Source: Campylobacterales bacterium
GTDB taxonomy: Bacteria; Campylobacterota; Campylobacteria; Campylobacterales; JALSKU01
Assembly: GCA_027065125.1 (NCBI GenBank)
Contig: JAMOOV010000180.1
Location: 14,437 to 78,436 of the forward strand
Direction of reading: 5' to 3'
DNA: 64,000 bases
The stretch's first letter is position 1. Each line of letters begins with the position of its first letter. This document shows, piece by piece, positions 19,898-29,141 of the stretch. The notes under the pieces are model-generated. The model made no database searches and had not been told where the DNA came from. It saw only the letters and a program-made list of their open reading frames with translations. A program made the translations under genes and the position numbers.

Positions 19898-21268
19898 ATG
19901 AAAATATTAGTTATTTTACTAAGTTTGTTAAGTAGCATTTTCGCAGAAGGAGGAGAGGTTGCCGCAAGCGGTGCGGTTGATTTGACAAGTAGTTGGGTCG
20001 GTATACTATGTTTGGTAATTTTTGTTGTTGGGTATTATTTGATAGCGACAGAAGAATCATATCATATGAATAAAGCAAAACCTGCACTATTTATAGGAAC
20101 TTTTATGTTTATGCTTATAGGGTTTTATTATGCGATAAACCATATGAGTATGCTATATCTTCATGAAGAGCTTGGGAAGCTTATCCTTGAGATTTCTGAA
20201 ATCTTCTTTTTCTTATTTGTTGCTATGACTTATATTGAAACTATGATAGAAAGAAATGTATTTGAAGTTTTAAAATATAAGCTTATCTCAAGAGGCTATA
20301 CATATAAAAAGATATATTGGATAACGGGACTTTTGGCATTCTTTATATCTCCGGTAGCCGATAACTTAACTACCGCCTTGATACTTTCGACTGTTTTAGT
20401 AACAATAGATAGAGAGCATAAAGAGTTTTTGATTCCGGGAGCCATAAATATAGTCGTAGCTGCAAATGCCGGAGGTGCTTGGAGTCCTTTCGGAGATATT
20501 ACCACACTTATGGCTTGGACAGCAGAAAAGGGAACTGTTATTGATTTTTTAGCTCTATTTCCTGCAGCTGTGATAGGTTGGTGGCTGACTGCATTTTTGT
20601 TAAGTCGTTTTGTGCCAAAAGGTCAGCCACATTTTGATATAAATACAACTGAAAAACTTGAGTTAAAACCGGGAGCAAAAACGATTATATATCTTGGTGT
20701 ATTTACCATAATAGTAGCAGTTTTATCTCATACATTTTTTCATTTTCCTCCTGCATGGGGTATGATGTTCGGTTTGTCTCTTTTGAAAGTTCACTCATAC
20801 AAAATTAAGAAAAAATGCGATAATCCATACAATGTTTATGTCAATATGGAAAAAGTAGAGCATGATACACTGTTTTTCTTTTTTGGTATCCTTTCTGCTG
20901 TTGGTGCATTGCACTTTTTAGGATATCTTGAGTATGTTACAAAATTGTATGATATTATAGGTGATATACCGGGTAATATCGGAGTAGGTTTTGTTTCTGC
21001 TATCATAGATAATGTTCCGGTTATGAGTGCGATTTTAAAAGCAAATCCTCCAATGGATGATGCACAGTGGATGCTTGTAACTATGACCGCGGGTATCGGA
21101 GGAAGTCTTATAAGTTTTGGTAGTGCGGCAGGAGTTGGAGTAATGGGTAAAATACGGGGCATATATACATTCGGCACACATATGAAATATGGCTGGACAG
21201 TACTTGCGGGATATTTTGTTAGTATTGTTATATGGTATGTCCAGTTTGAAATACTCGGAATTTATTAA
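19898..21268 (+). CDS. Na+/H+ antiporter, NhaD / ArsB-type permease superfamily
   Basis: 456 aa, polytopic. Motifs SPVADNLTTALIL and GGAWSPFGDITTLMAW resemble NhaD. Confidence 0.75.
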   Translation: MKILVILLSLLSSIFAEGGEVAASGAVDLTSSWVGILCLVIFVVGYYLIATEESYHMNKAKPALFIGTFMFMLIGFYYAINHMSMLYLHEELGKLILEISEIFFFLFVAMTYIETMIERNVFEVLKYKLISRGYTYKKIYWITGLLAFFISPVADNLTTALILSTVLVTIDREHKEFLIPGAINIVVAANAGGAWSPFGDITTLMAWTAEKGTVIDFLALFPAAVIGWWLTAFLLSRFVPKGQPHFDINTTEKLELKPGAKTIIYLGVFTIIVAVLSHTFFHFPPAWGMMFGLSLLKVHSYKIKKKCDNPYNVYVNMEKVEHDTLFFFFGILSAVGALHFLGYLEYVTKLYDIIGDIPGNIGVGFVSAIIDNVPVMSAILKANPPMDDAQWMLVTMTAGIGGSLISFGSAAGVGVMGKIRGIYTFGTHMKYGWTVLAGYFVSIVIWYVQFEILGIY

Positions 21269-21283
21269 TTAAGGAAAAAATAT

Positions 21284-22819
21284 ATGAAAAAAGTACCTAT
21301 CGTCGTTTTGGATTTTGGTTCACAATATACTCAACTTATTGCAAGAAAGATGAGAGAAAATGGAGTCTATTGTGAAATTGTTCCCTATAATGAAAATATA
21401 AAAAGCATAAAAGAGAGAGAACCAAGCGGCTTGATACTTTCAGGAGGTCCCGCTTCGGTGTATGACAAAGATGCTTATCACCCGGATAGTGAAGTATTTG
21501 AACTCGGTATCCCGATACTTGGTATCTGTTATGGCATGCAACTTATCGTACAACATTTTGGTGGCAAAGTAGTGCCTGCAAATTCTCATGAATATGGAAA
21601 AGCGGTTTTGCAGTGCGAAGATGATCCAATATTTAAGGATACTCCAAAAGAGCAGATAGTCTGGATGAGTCATAGTGATAGAGTAAAGGAGTTACCGGAG
21701 GGTTTTAAAAAGATAGCAAGTAGCGAAAATTCACCCTATGCAGCCATAGAAAATAGTGAAAAAAAGATATATGCTTTTCAATTTCATCCAGAAGTTCATC
21801 ACTCTAAGTATGGCAGTAAGCTTTTGAAAAACTTTGCGAAATATATCTGTGGTTGCGAAAGTACTTGGAATATGGGAAGTTTTGCCAAAGAGCAGATAAC
21901 AAAGATAAGAGATAAAGTTAAAGACGGAAAAGTTTTGTGTGCAGTTAGCGGAGGTGTGGATAGTTCCGTTGTTGCAGCTTTGCTCAATGAAGCCATAGGT
22001 GAAAAACTTGTGGCTGTTTTTATTGATACTGGTCTGCTTAGAGCAAACGAAAGAGAATCAGTAGAAAATATGTTTAAAGTCAAGCTTAAAATACCTCTTA
22101 TTACCATAGATGCTACAGAGCTTTATCTTGATAGACTAAAGGAAGTAATCGATCCGGAAGAGAAGAGAAAGATCATAGGGCATACTTTTATAGAGCTTTT
22201 TGAAAAAGAGGCAAAAAAACATGAAAATATAAAGTATCTCGCTCAAGGAACTCTCTACCCTGATGTTATAGAGTCTGTTTCTGTTAAAGGTCCGAGTAAA
22301 ACCATCAAATCTCATCACAATGTCGGAGGATTGCCTGATTGGATGAAGTTTGAACTTATCGAGCCTTTAAGAGAGCTTTTTAAAGATGAGGTTAGAGAGT
22401 TAGGGCTTGAACTTGGTATTCCAAAAGATATGATACAAAGACATCCTTTTCCGGGACCGGGACTTGCTATAAGAGTTATGGGCGAGGTAAATAAAGAGAG
22501 TTTAGAGCTTCTTAGAAAAGCGGATGTTATCATGCTGGAAGAGCTAAAAGCAAGCGGATACTACACTAAAACTTGGCAAGCTTTCACTGTACTTTTAAAT
22601 GTCAGCAGTGTAGGAGTAATGGGAGATAATAGAACATATGACAATACCGTTTGTGTAAGGGTTGTAGAGAGTGTAGATGGCATGACTGCAACATTTGCAC
22701 ATCTACCTCACGACCTTCTTGAAAGAATAAGCTCAAGAATTATAAACGAAGTGGACGGTATAAACAGAGTAGTTTATGATATAAGCTCCAAACCACCCGC
22801 CACGATAGAGTGGGAGTAA
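21284..22819 (+). CDS. guaA: GMP synthase (glutamine-hydrolysing)
   Basis: 511 aa with GATase [10 protein letters not shown]-loop SGGVDSSV and the C-terminus PPATIEWE. Confidence 0.97.
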   Translation: MKKVPIVVLDFGSQYTQLIARKMRENGVYCEIVPYNENIKSIKEREPSGLILSGGPASVYDKDAYHPDSEVFELGIPILGICYGMQLIVQHFGGKVVPANSHEYGKAVLQCEDDPIFKDTPKEQIVWMSHSDRVKELPEGFKKIASSENSPYAAIENSEKKIYAFQFHPEVHHSKYGSKLLKNFAKYICGCESTWNMGSFAKEQITKIRDKVKDGKVLCAVSGGVDSSVVAALLNEAIGEKLVAVFIDTGLLRANERESVENMFKVKLKIPLITIDATELYLDRLKEVIDPEEKRKIIGHTFIELFEKEAKKHENIKYLAQGTLYPDVIESVSVKGPSKTIKSHHNVGGLPDWMKFELIEPLRELFKDEVRELGLELGIPKDMIQRHPFPGPGLAIRVMGEVNKESLELLRKADVIMLEELKASGYYTKTWQAFTVLLNVSSVGVMGDNRTYDNTVCVRVVESVDGMTATFAHLPHDLLERISSRIINEVDGINRVVYDISSKPPATIEWE

Positions 22820-22828
22820 AGCCGTAAA

Positions 22829-22853
22829 AAAAGGCAAACTGCTTTGCCTTTTT
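22829..22853 (+). terminator. rho-independent terminator of guaA
   Basis: Stem AAGGCAAA (22831-22838), loop ctgc, stem TTTGCCTT (22843-22850), then TTT. Preceded by an A-run. Confidence 0.75.
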
Positions 22854-22884
22854 AGGCTTTACTGACTTTTTTCATGTGTAAGCC

Positions 22885-23290
22885 CTAAAATCTAGGATTT
22901 TAGTGGCGAACACGAAAAAAGTCTGGGTACATTGAAGTAAATCGTAGCGAGCGAAGCGAGGTAGATTTACGGTTCGTTCAACGAAAGTTAAACACGATAA
23001 AGATACCTGCTTCGCAAACCAAAACATTTAGTCGAAGCAATAATATCATCAAATACACCAACAACTTTAGTATTCACAAAGTCTAAAATCTAGGATTTTA
23101 GTGGCGAACACGAAAAAAGTCTGGGTACATTGAAGTAAATCGTAGCGAGCGAAGCGAGGTAGATTTACGGTTCGTCGGGCGGAGTTGAACAGTAGTTTAA
23201 CGAAGTTAAACACGATAAAGATACCTGCTTCGCAAACCAAAACATTTAGTCGAAGCAATAATATCATCAAGTAAAATACACAACTTCAAA
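22885..23290. repeat. tandem direct repeat of a ~200-bp GC-enriched, hairpin-dense unit (unit 1 22885-23082, unit 2 23083-~23290)
   Basis: The first 93 nt of both units are identical (ctaaaatctaggattttagtggcgaac...gatttacggttcgt). The last 63 nt of the core are identical (aaacacgataaagatacctgcttcgc...atatcatcaa). Unit 2 carries an extra ~22 nt (cgggcggagttgaacagtagtt). See the finding for the stems. Confidence 0.9.
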
Positions 23291-23357
23291 AATTTAAATC
23301 TTTATTAAAACTATTGTGCTATCATTTCGTTATATTTTCAAATATATAAGGATTTGT

Positions 23358-24191
23358 ATGCATTTTTGTTCTGATGAATTGGATAGATTGATTTGTGAAG
23401 ATATGCCATATTTTGATTTGACAACAACACTTTTAGATATAAATAGTGATGGTGTTATTGAATTTAGTAGTAGAAATGAGATGTTTTTAAGCGGAAATGA
23501 GCTTGTCAAATTATTGGCAAAAAGAGTGGGATTGGAGGTACTATTTGCCAAAGATGACGGGCAGAATATAGAGAAAGATGTATCATTTTTTAAAGCTGAA
23601 GGTAAAGGAAAGGATGTACTTATTCTTTGGAAAGTTGCTCAAAATATTTATGAATATACTTGTGGTGTTGCTACATATGCAAATCAAATGGTTAAGATTG
23701 CAAAGAAAATCAACCCTTCTATGGAGATACTGACAACAAGAAAAATTGTCCCTTTTACTAAAAAAATAGCTCTAAAAGCTATCATGGACGGCGGGGCATA
23801 TCCTCATAGGATAACTACTAGTGAAACAATACTTGTATTTGAAAATTATATCAATCTTTACGGAGGTTGGGATAAATTTATAAATGAGTTTAAAAGACTA
23901 AAATCAAAATCTGTAGAGAAAAAATGGATAGTAGAAGCCAAAGATAAAAAAAGTGCTCAAAGGTTTATTGATATCGGAGTAGATGTTTTGCAACTTGATA
24001 AAGTTGATGCTAAAACTACTAAAGATATAGTTAAAATTGCTCATAATAACGGAGTAAAGGTGATAAGTGCCGGAGGTATCAATGTAGGTAATATCGAAGA
24101 ATATGCAAAAAGTATGACAGATGCAGTTGTTACTACTTCTCCGTATTATGCAGATAGTGCAGATATAAAAGTTACGATTAAAAAGGCTTAA
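23358..24191 (+). CDS. ModD-like protein (quinolinate phosphoribosyltransferase family)
   Basis: The ATG at 23358 is preceded by AAGGA; the track ORF starts earlier at TTG 23316. Motifs are SDELDRLICEDMPYFDLTT, TTRKIVPFTKK and GGAYPHRITTSETILVFENY. It lacks the NadC-type LIKDNH, hence ModD-like rather than NadC. Confidence 0.6.
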   Translation: MHFCSDELDRLICEDMPYFDLTTTLLDINSDGVIEFSSRNEMFLSGNELVKLLAKRVGLEVLFAKDDGQNIEKDVSFFKAEGKGKDVLILWKVAQNIYEYTCGVATYANQMVKIAKKINPSMEILTTRKIVPFTKKIALKAIMDGGAYPHRITTSETILVFENYINLYGGWDKFINEFKRLKSKSVEKKWIVEAKDKKSAQRFIDIGVDVLQLDKVDAKTTKDIVKIAHNNGVKVISAGGINVGNIEEYAKSMTDAVVTTSPYYADSADIKVTIKKA

Positions 24192-24193
24192 AA

Positions 24194-24826
24194 TTGGCGG
24201 AGATTTATATATTAAGCGATAAAAAATTCAAAGGTGCTTTAAATCTTCCTGTTATAAAGATAAATTTTTTGGATGTTGATGTGGATATTAAAAAATATGA
24301 TGCTTTGATATTTACTTCAAAAAACGGAGTCGAAGCGATAGATAGGATAGATAAAAATTGGAAAGAAAAAGAGATATATTCTATAGGTAGCGGAACTACA
24401 AACTATCTTTTATCTAAAGGCAAAACTCCTGTATATACTGCAAAAAGTTCTTATGGAAATGACTTTGCCAACGAAATAAAGGATAAATTAAAAGATAAAA
24501 AAGTACTTTTTTTAAGAGCAAAAAAGGTAACTTCAAATTTAAATAGCATACTTTTAAATTATAATGTGGATTTGGATGAAAAAATAGTCTATGAAACGAT
24601 ATGTAACCAAGATAAATTACAATCTCCGAAAAAAGGCTCTGTAATCATATTTTCATCTCCCTCTACAATAGAGTGCTTTTTGAAGATTTTTAAATGGGAT
24701 GAGAGTTATAAAGCAGTTGTTATAGGAGTAAAAACAGCCTCTTTTATGCCTGAAAATATTAAATACACTCTATCAAAGCAACAAAATATTCCATCTTGTA
24801 TAGAATTAGCAAAAACTCTATTGTAA
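24194..24826 (+). CDS. hemD: uroporphyrinogen-III synthase
   Basis: TTG start, 210 aa. The two-lobed HemD pattern includes YDALIFTSKNGVEAI and VIIFSSPSTIECF. Confidence 0.7.
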   Translation: MAEIYILSDKKFKGALNLPVIKINFLDVDVDIKKYDALIFTSKNGVEAIDRIDKNWKEKEIYSIGSGTTNYLLSKGKTPVYTAKSSYGNDFANEIKDKLKDKKVLFLRAKKVTSNLNSILLNYNVDLDEKIVYETICNQDKLQSPKKGSVIIFSSPSTIECFLKIFKWDESYKAVVIGVKTASFMPENIKYTLSKQQNIPSCIELAKTLL

Positions 24827-24856
24827 ATTTAAGCCAATTTGGGGTAAAATACCTTT

Positions 24857-25080
24857 AAGTAATTATCCTGAATGATACGACACCTGCTCGTTATTGAGGG
24901 TCCAACAGATTTCATTGTTTGGAAAAAGTATGCTTTTGGTGTGTCTGTGACTTCGTTTGAGTTTTTGAAAAAAAGCGAGAAGCTGCAGCCTAAAGAGAGC
25001 ATCTTTTCCAAGTTTTTTTTGGCTTTTTAGGGCCACTTTTGAGCAGAACGGTCATTTGGGTAATTACTCTTCAAAATTTT
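24857..25080 (+). ncRNA. ssrS: candidate 6S RNA (long imperfect hairpin with a large central bubble)
   Basis: A TAAAAT -10 box lies at 24845-24850. Closing stem 24859-24875 pairs with 25052-25067 (16 bp, 1 bulge). Further stems: CUGCUC 24884-24889 with GAGCAG 25041-25046; GGUCC 24899-24903 with GGGCC 25030-25034. The central bubble is 24904-24917 opposite 25012-25029. Beyond it, UUGGAAAA 24919-24926 pairs with UUUUCCAA 25004-25011, and more apical pairing follows. About 10 G-U pairs exist only on the + strand. End coordinates are approximate. Confidence 0.55.
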
Positions 25081-25093
25081 CCAAGGATTTTTA

Positions 25094-26365
25094 ATGGATG
25101 TATTGATAGTCGGTAGTGGAGGTAGAGAGTACTCTATAGGTTTAGCATTAAGCAAAGATAAAAATGTTGATAAACTATATTTTGCTCCCGGGAATGGTAA
25201 AACTGATGAGCTTGGAGAAAATGTAGATATAAAAGAGTATGAAAAACTTGCTGATTTTGTAAAAACCAATAGTATAGATTTGACTATAGTCGGTCCTGAA
25301 GCTCCTCTGACAGACGGCATAGTAGATATATTTGAAAAAGAGGGATTGGTGATATTCGGTCCGTCCAAAGATGCTGCAAGGCTTGAGGGTTCTAAAGTTT
25401 TTATGAAAAACTTTCTTGCAAAATATGACATTCCTACTGCAAAATATATAGAGACTTCCGATTATGAAAAAGCTGTTGATTTTATAGACTCTTTAAACGA
25501 GCCTATTGTGGTAAAAGCTGACGGTCTTTGTGCAGGAAAAGGTGTGATAATAGCTGAGAGTAAAGATGAGGCAAAAAAAGCTGCATTTGATATGCTAAGC
25601 GGAGAGAGTTTTGGTGATGCAGGCAAAAAGATAATCGTAGAAGAGTTTTTGGATGGTTATGAATTGTCCGTATTTGCTGTTTGTGATGGAAAAGATTATA
25701 AGATATTGCCTGCTGCTCAAGACCACAAGAGGCTACTTGATAAAGATAAAGGTCCAAATACCGGCGGTATGGGAGCTTATGCACCAACTCCTTTGATAAA
25801 TGATAAACTTTATAAAAAGATAGAAGACAGGATTGTAAAGCCTACCCTAAGGGGAATGGAGGAGATAAATTCTCCTTATAAAGGAGTTTTATTTATAGGT
25901 ATTATGGTGGTTAAGAATGAGCCTATCGTACTTGAGTACAATGTTAGATTTGGCGATCCTGAATGTGAAGTGTTGATGCCACTTCTAAAAACTCCGGCAA
26001 GTGAGCTTTTTTACAAAGCAGCTACAAATGCTTTAAGCGAATTAAATATAGAATTTTTAAATAAATATGCAGTAGCTGTAGTCATAGCAAGTGAAAACTA
26101 TCCCTACAAAAGTTCAAAACCATCAGAAATCATAGTAGATAAAATTGTAGATGAAGAGTTGAAGAACAATAGTCATATATCTTATGCAGGTGTGAAAAAG
26201 ATAGATGGAAAACTGTTTGCAACAGGCGGTAGAGTTCTTTTGTGTATAGGTTTGGCAAATAGTATAAAAGATGCAAGAGATAGAGCTTATGAGCTTTGCG
26301 GACAGGTACATTTTGCAGGAAAGCAATTTAGAACAGATATAGCGTATCAAGCCTTAAAGGTATAA
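25094..26365 (+). CDS. purD: phosphoribosylamine--glycine ligase
   Basis: 423 aa. N-terminus [22 protein letters not shown]-grasp core, C-terminal GGRVL. Confidence 0.95.
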   Translation: MDVLIVGSGGREYSIGLALSKDKNVDKLYFAPGNGKTDELGENVDIKEYEKLADFVKTNSIDLTIVGPEAPLTDGIVDIFEKEGLVIFGPSKDAARLEGSKVFMKNFLAKYDIPTAKYIETSDYEKAVDFIDSLNEPIVVKADGLCAGKGVIIAESKDEAKKAAFDMLSGESFGDAGKKIIVEEFLDGYELSVFAVCDGKDYKILPAAQDHKRLLDKDKGPNTGGMGAYAPTPLINDKLYKKIEDRIVKPTLRGMEEINSPYKGVLFIGIMVVKNEPIVLEYNVRFGDPECEVLMPLLKTPASELFYKAATNALSELNIEFLNKYAVAVVIASENYPYKSSKPSEIIVDKIVDEELKNNSHISYAGVKKIDGKLFATGGRVLLCIGLANSIKDARDRAYELCGQVHFAGKQFRTDIAYQALKV

Positions 26366-26366
26366 T

Positions 26367-26816
26367 TTGAACGAAGAGATACAAAGACGACTTGATAGAG
26401 AAAAATTGACTCTTGCGACTATCAATAAAAGATCTGTCGCATTTTTTCTTGATGAGATGATTATATCCATACTTTTTTATATTATTTTTGCCAATAGGTT
26501 TGCAAATGCTGAATCTATGGAAGTTTTAATAGCTCTTATAAATATGCTTTTTTTGCAAGTTATCATTCTAAAAGTTATATACCATACATTTTTCGTATGG
26601 ATGTATGGGGCAACTCCCGGAAAGATGCTTTTAAAGATAAAGATAGTTTCTATCGAAGATTTTGAAAAACCAAACATAATGAATGCTTTTATAAGAGCAG
26701 TGGTAAGAATTGTAAGTGAAATGATATTTTATCTTGGATTTTTATGGGCATTTTTTGATAGTGTCAATCAAGCATGGCACGATAAAGCAGCAAAGACAGT
26801 AGTGATTAATGTTTAA
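26367..26816 (+). CDS. RDD family membrane protein
   Basis: TTG start, 149 aa. Contains RSVAFFLDEMII plus TM helices and a C-terminal WHDKAAKTVV, typical of RDD. Confidence 0.7.
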   Translation: MNEEIQRRLDREKLTLATINKRSVAFFLDEMIISILFYIIFANRFANAESMEVLIALINMLFLQVIILKVIYHTFFVWMYGATPGKMLLKIKIVSIEDFEKPNIMNAFIRAVVRIVSEMIFYLGFLWAFFDSVNQAWHDKAAKTVVINV

Positions 26817-28869
26817 AGTTTTACTCTTTTTAGTTTTATTTGCTTTAACTCTTTTTTCATTTGACAATAATGTACAAATCTTAGCTACAAAAATTAAAGG
26901 AAAAGATAACACCCTGTATGCCAGTGGAAATGTTGTAGTGTATTCGGATAGATATGTTATGACTGCTGACAAAGCAGAATATAACAAAACAACTAAAATC
27001 GTAAAGCTTTATGGCAATATAAATATTATTAGAGATTCTAACCTTTTTGTTAAGAGTAAATTTGCTAAAATTAACCTTGCTGATGATTCGTCATATTTTG
27101 ATCCGTTTTTTCTTGATGATACAGATAGTAATATATGGATAAGAAGTCGTTTATCCAAAGTAAATAACGATATGTATTATACAAAAGATGCCATAGTATC
27201 CAGTTGTAATGTTTATAAGCCGGATTGGAAGATAACTTATACGAGTGGAGATTATAGTAAAAATACCAAGCTTGTTACAGTATATAATTCAATCTTTTAT
27301 ATTCATGATGTTCCTCTACTATATACTCCGTATTTTAGTTTTTCAACGGATAAAACAAGAAGAAGCGGACTTTTAAGACCATCTTTTGGTTATAGTTCAG
27401 AAGAGGGGGTATATTATAGGCAGCCTATATATATAGCTCCTTTTAAGAGTTGGGATTTGCAATTTGATCCACAAATTAGATCAAAAAGGGGGAAAGGAAT
27501 TTATACTACTTTAAGATTTGCTGATTATGAGTACTCGACAGGTAATATTAAAACAGGATATTTTAAAGAAAAAAATTCTTATATAGATAAATATAATTTA
27601 AAAAATAGTTCTCACTATGGTTTTGAGGTAAATTATAACAGAAGTAAACTTTTTAGCAATTATTTTGGAGATAATGCACAAGATGCTCTATGGATAGACT
27701 CCAAATCTTTGAATGATGTAGATTATTTAAATTTACAAAAAGATAAAAATTATATCACTTCCAGTTTAATCACTTCTAAAATAAATTATTTTTTACGAAG
27801 AGATAAAGATTATATAGGTTTATATTTTAAATATTTTAAAGATACTTCTAAGATTTCCAATGACGATACTTTACAAACTCTGCCAAAACTACAATATCAT
27901 AGATTTACAGAGCCGATACTTTTTAAAAATTTATTATATTCTATAGACTATAAATTTAACAATTACTATAGAAAGTCAGGTATAAATGCTAAACAAAATG
28001 AAATACTTTTACCAGTTATTTTTACAATACCTCTTTTTGAAAATTATTTGAATTTTTCTGTTTCTGAAAATGTGTATATGACTCATATTAACTATACCAA
28101 TGAGTCTTCGGCATTACAAAGTGGTCAATATGTCAGCAATTATCATAAATTTTCACTAAGTACTGATTTGACAAAAAAATATGATGATTTTTTGCATACA
28201 ATAAGTCTTGATTTGGATTATATAGTTCCTAGTTTTGACGATAAAAAGGGATATTTTGCAGATTTCATTACTCTCAACAAAGAACAAAAAAGTATTAATT
28301 TTCAACTTGAAGAGTTTTTTTATAGCAATAAGGGAGATCTATTTTTGACTCACAGAATGTCTCAATCCTATCTCTTTGATGCATATGATTATAAATATGG
28401 AGATTTATTAAATGAACTTATTTATAAATTTTCTGATAATTTAAATATAACAAATAATTTAACATATTCTCATAAAAACTCACAAATATCAGAGTTTCAA
28501 ACAGGTGTACAATATAAAAATAATATGTATAAAGCAAATTTACTTCATACATACAAACATGGTCCGGATAAAGGAGATAGCAATATCATCTCCATTGGAT
28601 TATCTACAAACTATTTTAGCAAATATAACTATTTTACAAATATTGACTATGATTTAAAAAATAGCTATACTCAAAATTGGGAACTTGGTGTAACAATGAG
28701 AAAAAAATGTTGGAATTATAGAATTAGCTACAAAGAGCATATAACACCTATATTAACAAGCAGTGGGTCTAATTCGGTTACAAGAAGAGGGATATATTTA
28801 ACTATCAATTTTACCCCTATTGGTGGTGTGCAGTATAAATTTGAAAAAGATAACGGACAAAGTGAATAA
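26809..28869 (+). CDS. lptD: LPS-assembly outer membrane protein LptD (OstA/Imp)
   Basis: 686 aa with a signal peptide and an N-terminal OstA-like region (ATKIKGKDNTLYASGNVVVYSDRYVMTADKAEYNK). The large Tyr/Asn-rich beta-barrel has the motif RRSGLLRPSFGYSS. Confidence 0.85.
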   Translation: MFKVLLFLVLFALTLFSFDNNVQILATKIKGKDNTLYASGNVVVYSDRYVMTADKAEYNKTTKIVKLYGNINIIRDSNLFVKSKFAKINLADDSSYFDPFFLDDTDSNIWIRSRLSKVNNDMYYTKDAIVSSCNVYKPDWKITYTSGDYSKNTKLVTVYNSIFYIHDVPLLYTPYFSFSTDKTRRSGLLRPSFGYSSEEGVYYRQPIYIAPFKSWDLQFDPQIRSKRGKGIYTTLRFADYEYSTGNIKTGYFKEKNSYIDKYNLKNSSHYGFEVNYNRSKLFSNYFGDNAQDALWIDSKSLNDVDYLNLQKDKNYITSSLITSKINYFLRRDKDYIGLYFKYFKDTSKISNDDTLQTLPKLQYHRFTEPILFKNLLYSIDYKFNNYYRKSGINAKQNEILLPVIFTIPLFENYLNFSVSENVYMTHINYTNESSALQSGQYVSNYHKFSLSTDLTKKYDDFLHTISLDLDYIVPSFDDKKGYFADFITLNKEQKSINFQLEEFFYSNKGDLFLTHRMSQSYLFDAYDYKYGDLLNELIYKFSDNLNITNNLTYSHKNSQISEFQTGVQYKNNMYKANLLHTYKHGPDKGDSNIISIGLSTNYFSKYNYFTNIDYDLKNSYTQNWELGVTMRKKCWNYRISYKEHITPILTSSGSNSVTRRGIYLTINFTPIGGVQYKFEKDNGQSE

Positions 28870-28874
28870 ATATT

Positions 28875-29141
28875 ATGGATAAAGTAAAAGAGATAAAGGA
28901 AGCATTGAAGATCTTAGAGATTTCTCCGTTTGTTTCTCAAAAAGAGATAAAGGCAAAATATCTCGAATTGTCAAAAAAATATCATCCGGATATTTACAAA
29001 GATAAAGAAAAAATGATTAAAATAAATAGTGCTTATGAAACAATTAAAAAATATATAGATGATTTTAGATTCTCTTTTGATGAAGAAGAGATAAACAAAC
29101 AGTATCCAGAGAGTTATCATGCAGATAGATTTAGATTTTAA
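28875..29141 (+). CDS. small J-domain (DnaJ-like) protein
   Basis: 88 aa. The J-domain core is ALKILEISPFVSQKEIKAKYLELSKKYHPDIY, with the HPD tripeptide. Confidence 0.75.
   Translation: MDKVKEIKEALKILEISPFVSQKEIKAKYLELSKKYHPDIYKDKEKMIKINSAYETIKKYIDDFRFSFDEEEINKQYPESYHADRFRF

Noticed and set aside
23190-23215. GTTTAAC-gaa-GTTAAAC inside the tandem repeat matches the integron attC core-site patterns RYYYAAC / GTTRRRY.
   Set aside because: The two cores are only 3 nt apart, whereas attC sites span about 55-140 bp with internal L sites. There is no integrase and no cassette ORF. This is most simply a small hairpin.
23067-23270. 67-aa minus-strand ORF covering repeat unit 2, considered as a protein-coding gene.
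   Set aside because: The frame is not preserved in the almost identical unit 1, which stops after 23 codons. The long version is created by the 22-nt indel. Only the short hydrophobic N-terminal part is shared, so the 67-aa product as such is not supported.
24857-25080. Alternative readings of the hemD-purD spacer as SRP (4.5S) RNA or a purine/ZTP-type riboswitch.
   Set aside because: It has no GNRA-capped helix-8-like symmetric loop (AGCA/GGAA) as in SRP RNA. It has none of the conserved ZTP/pfl or purine-riboswitch junction sequences. The single rod with a central bubble fits 6S better.
24829-25431. Minus-strand ORFs 24829-25011 (60 aa) and 25027-25431 (134 aa).
   Set aside because: The first lies within the long hairpin interpreted as a 6S-like RNA. 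The second is antisense to the 5' part of purD. Neither has an RBS or a recognisable motif.
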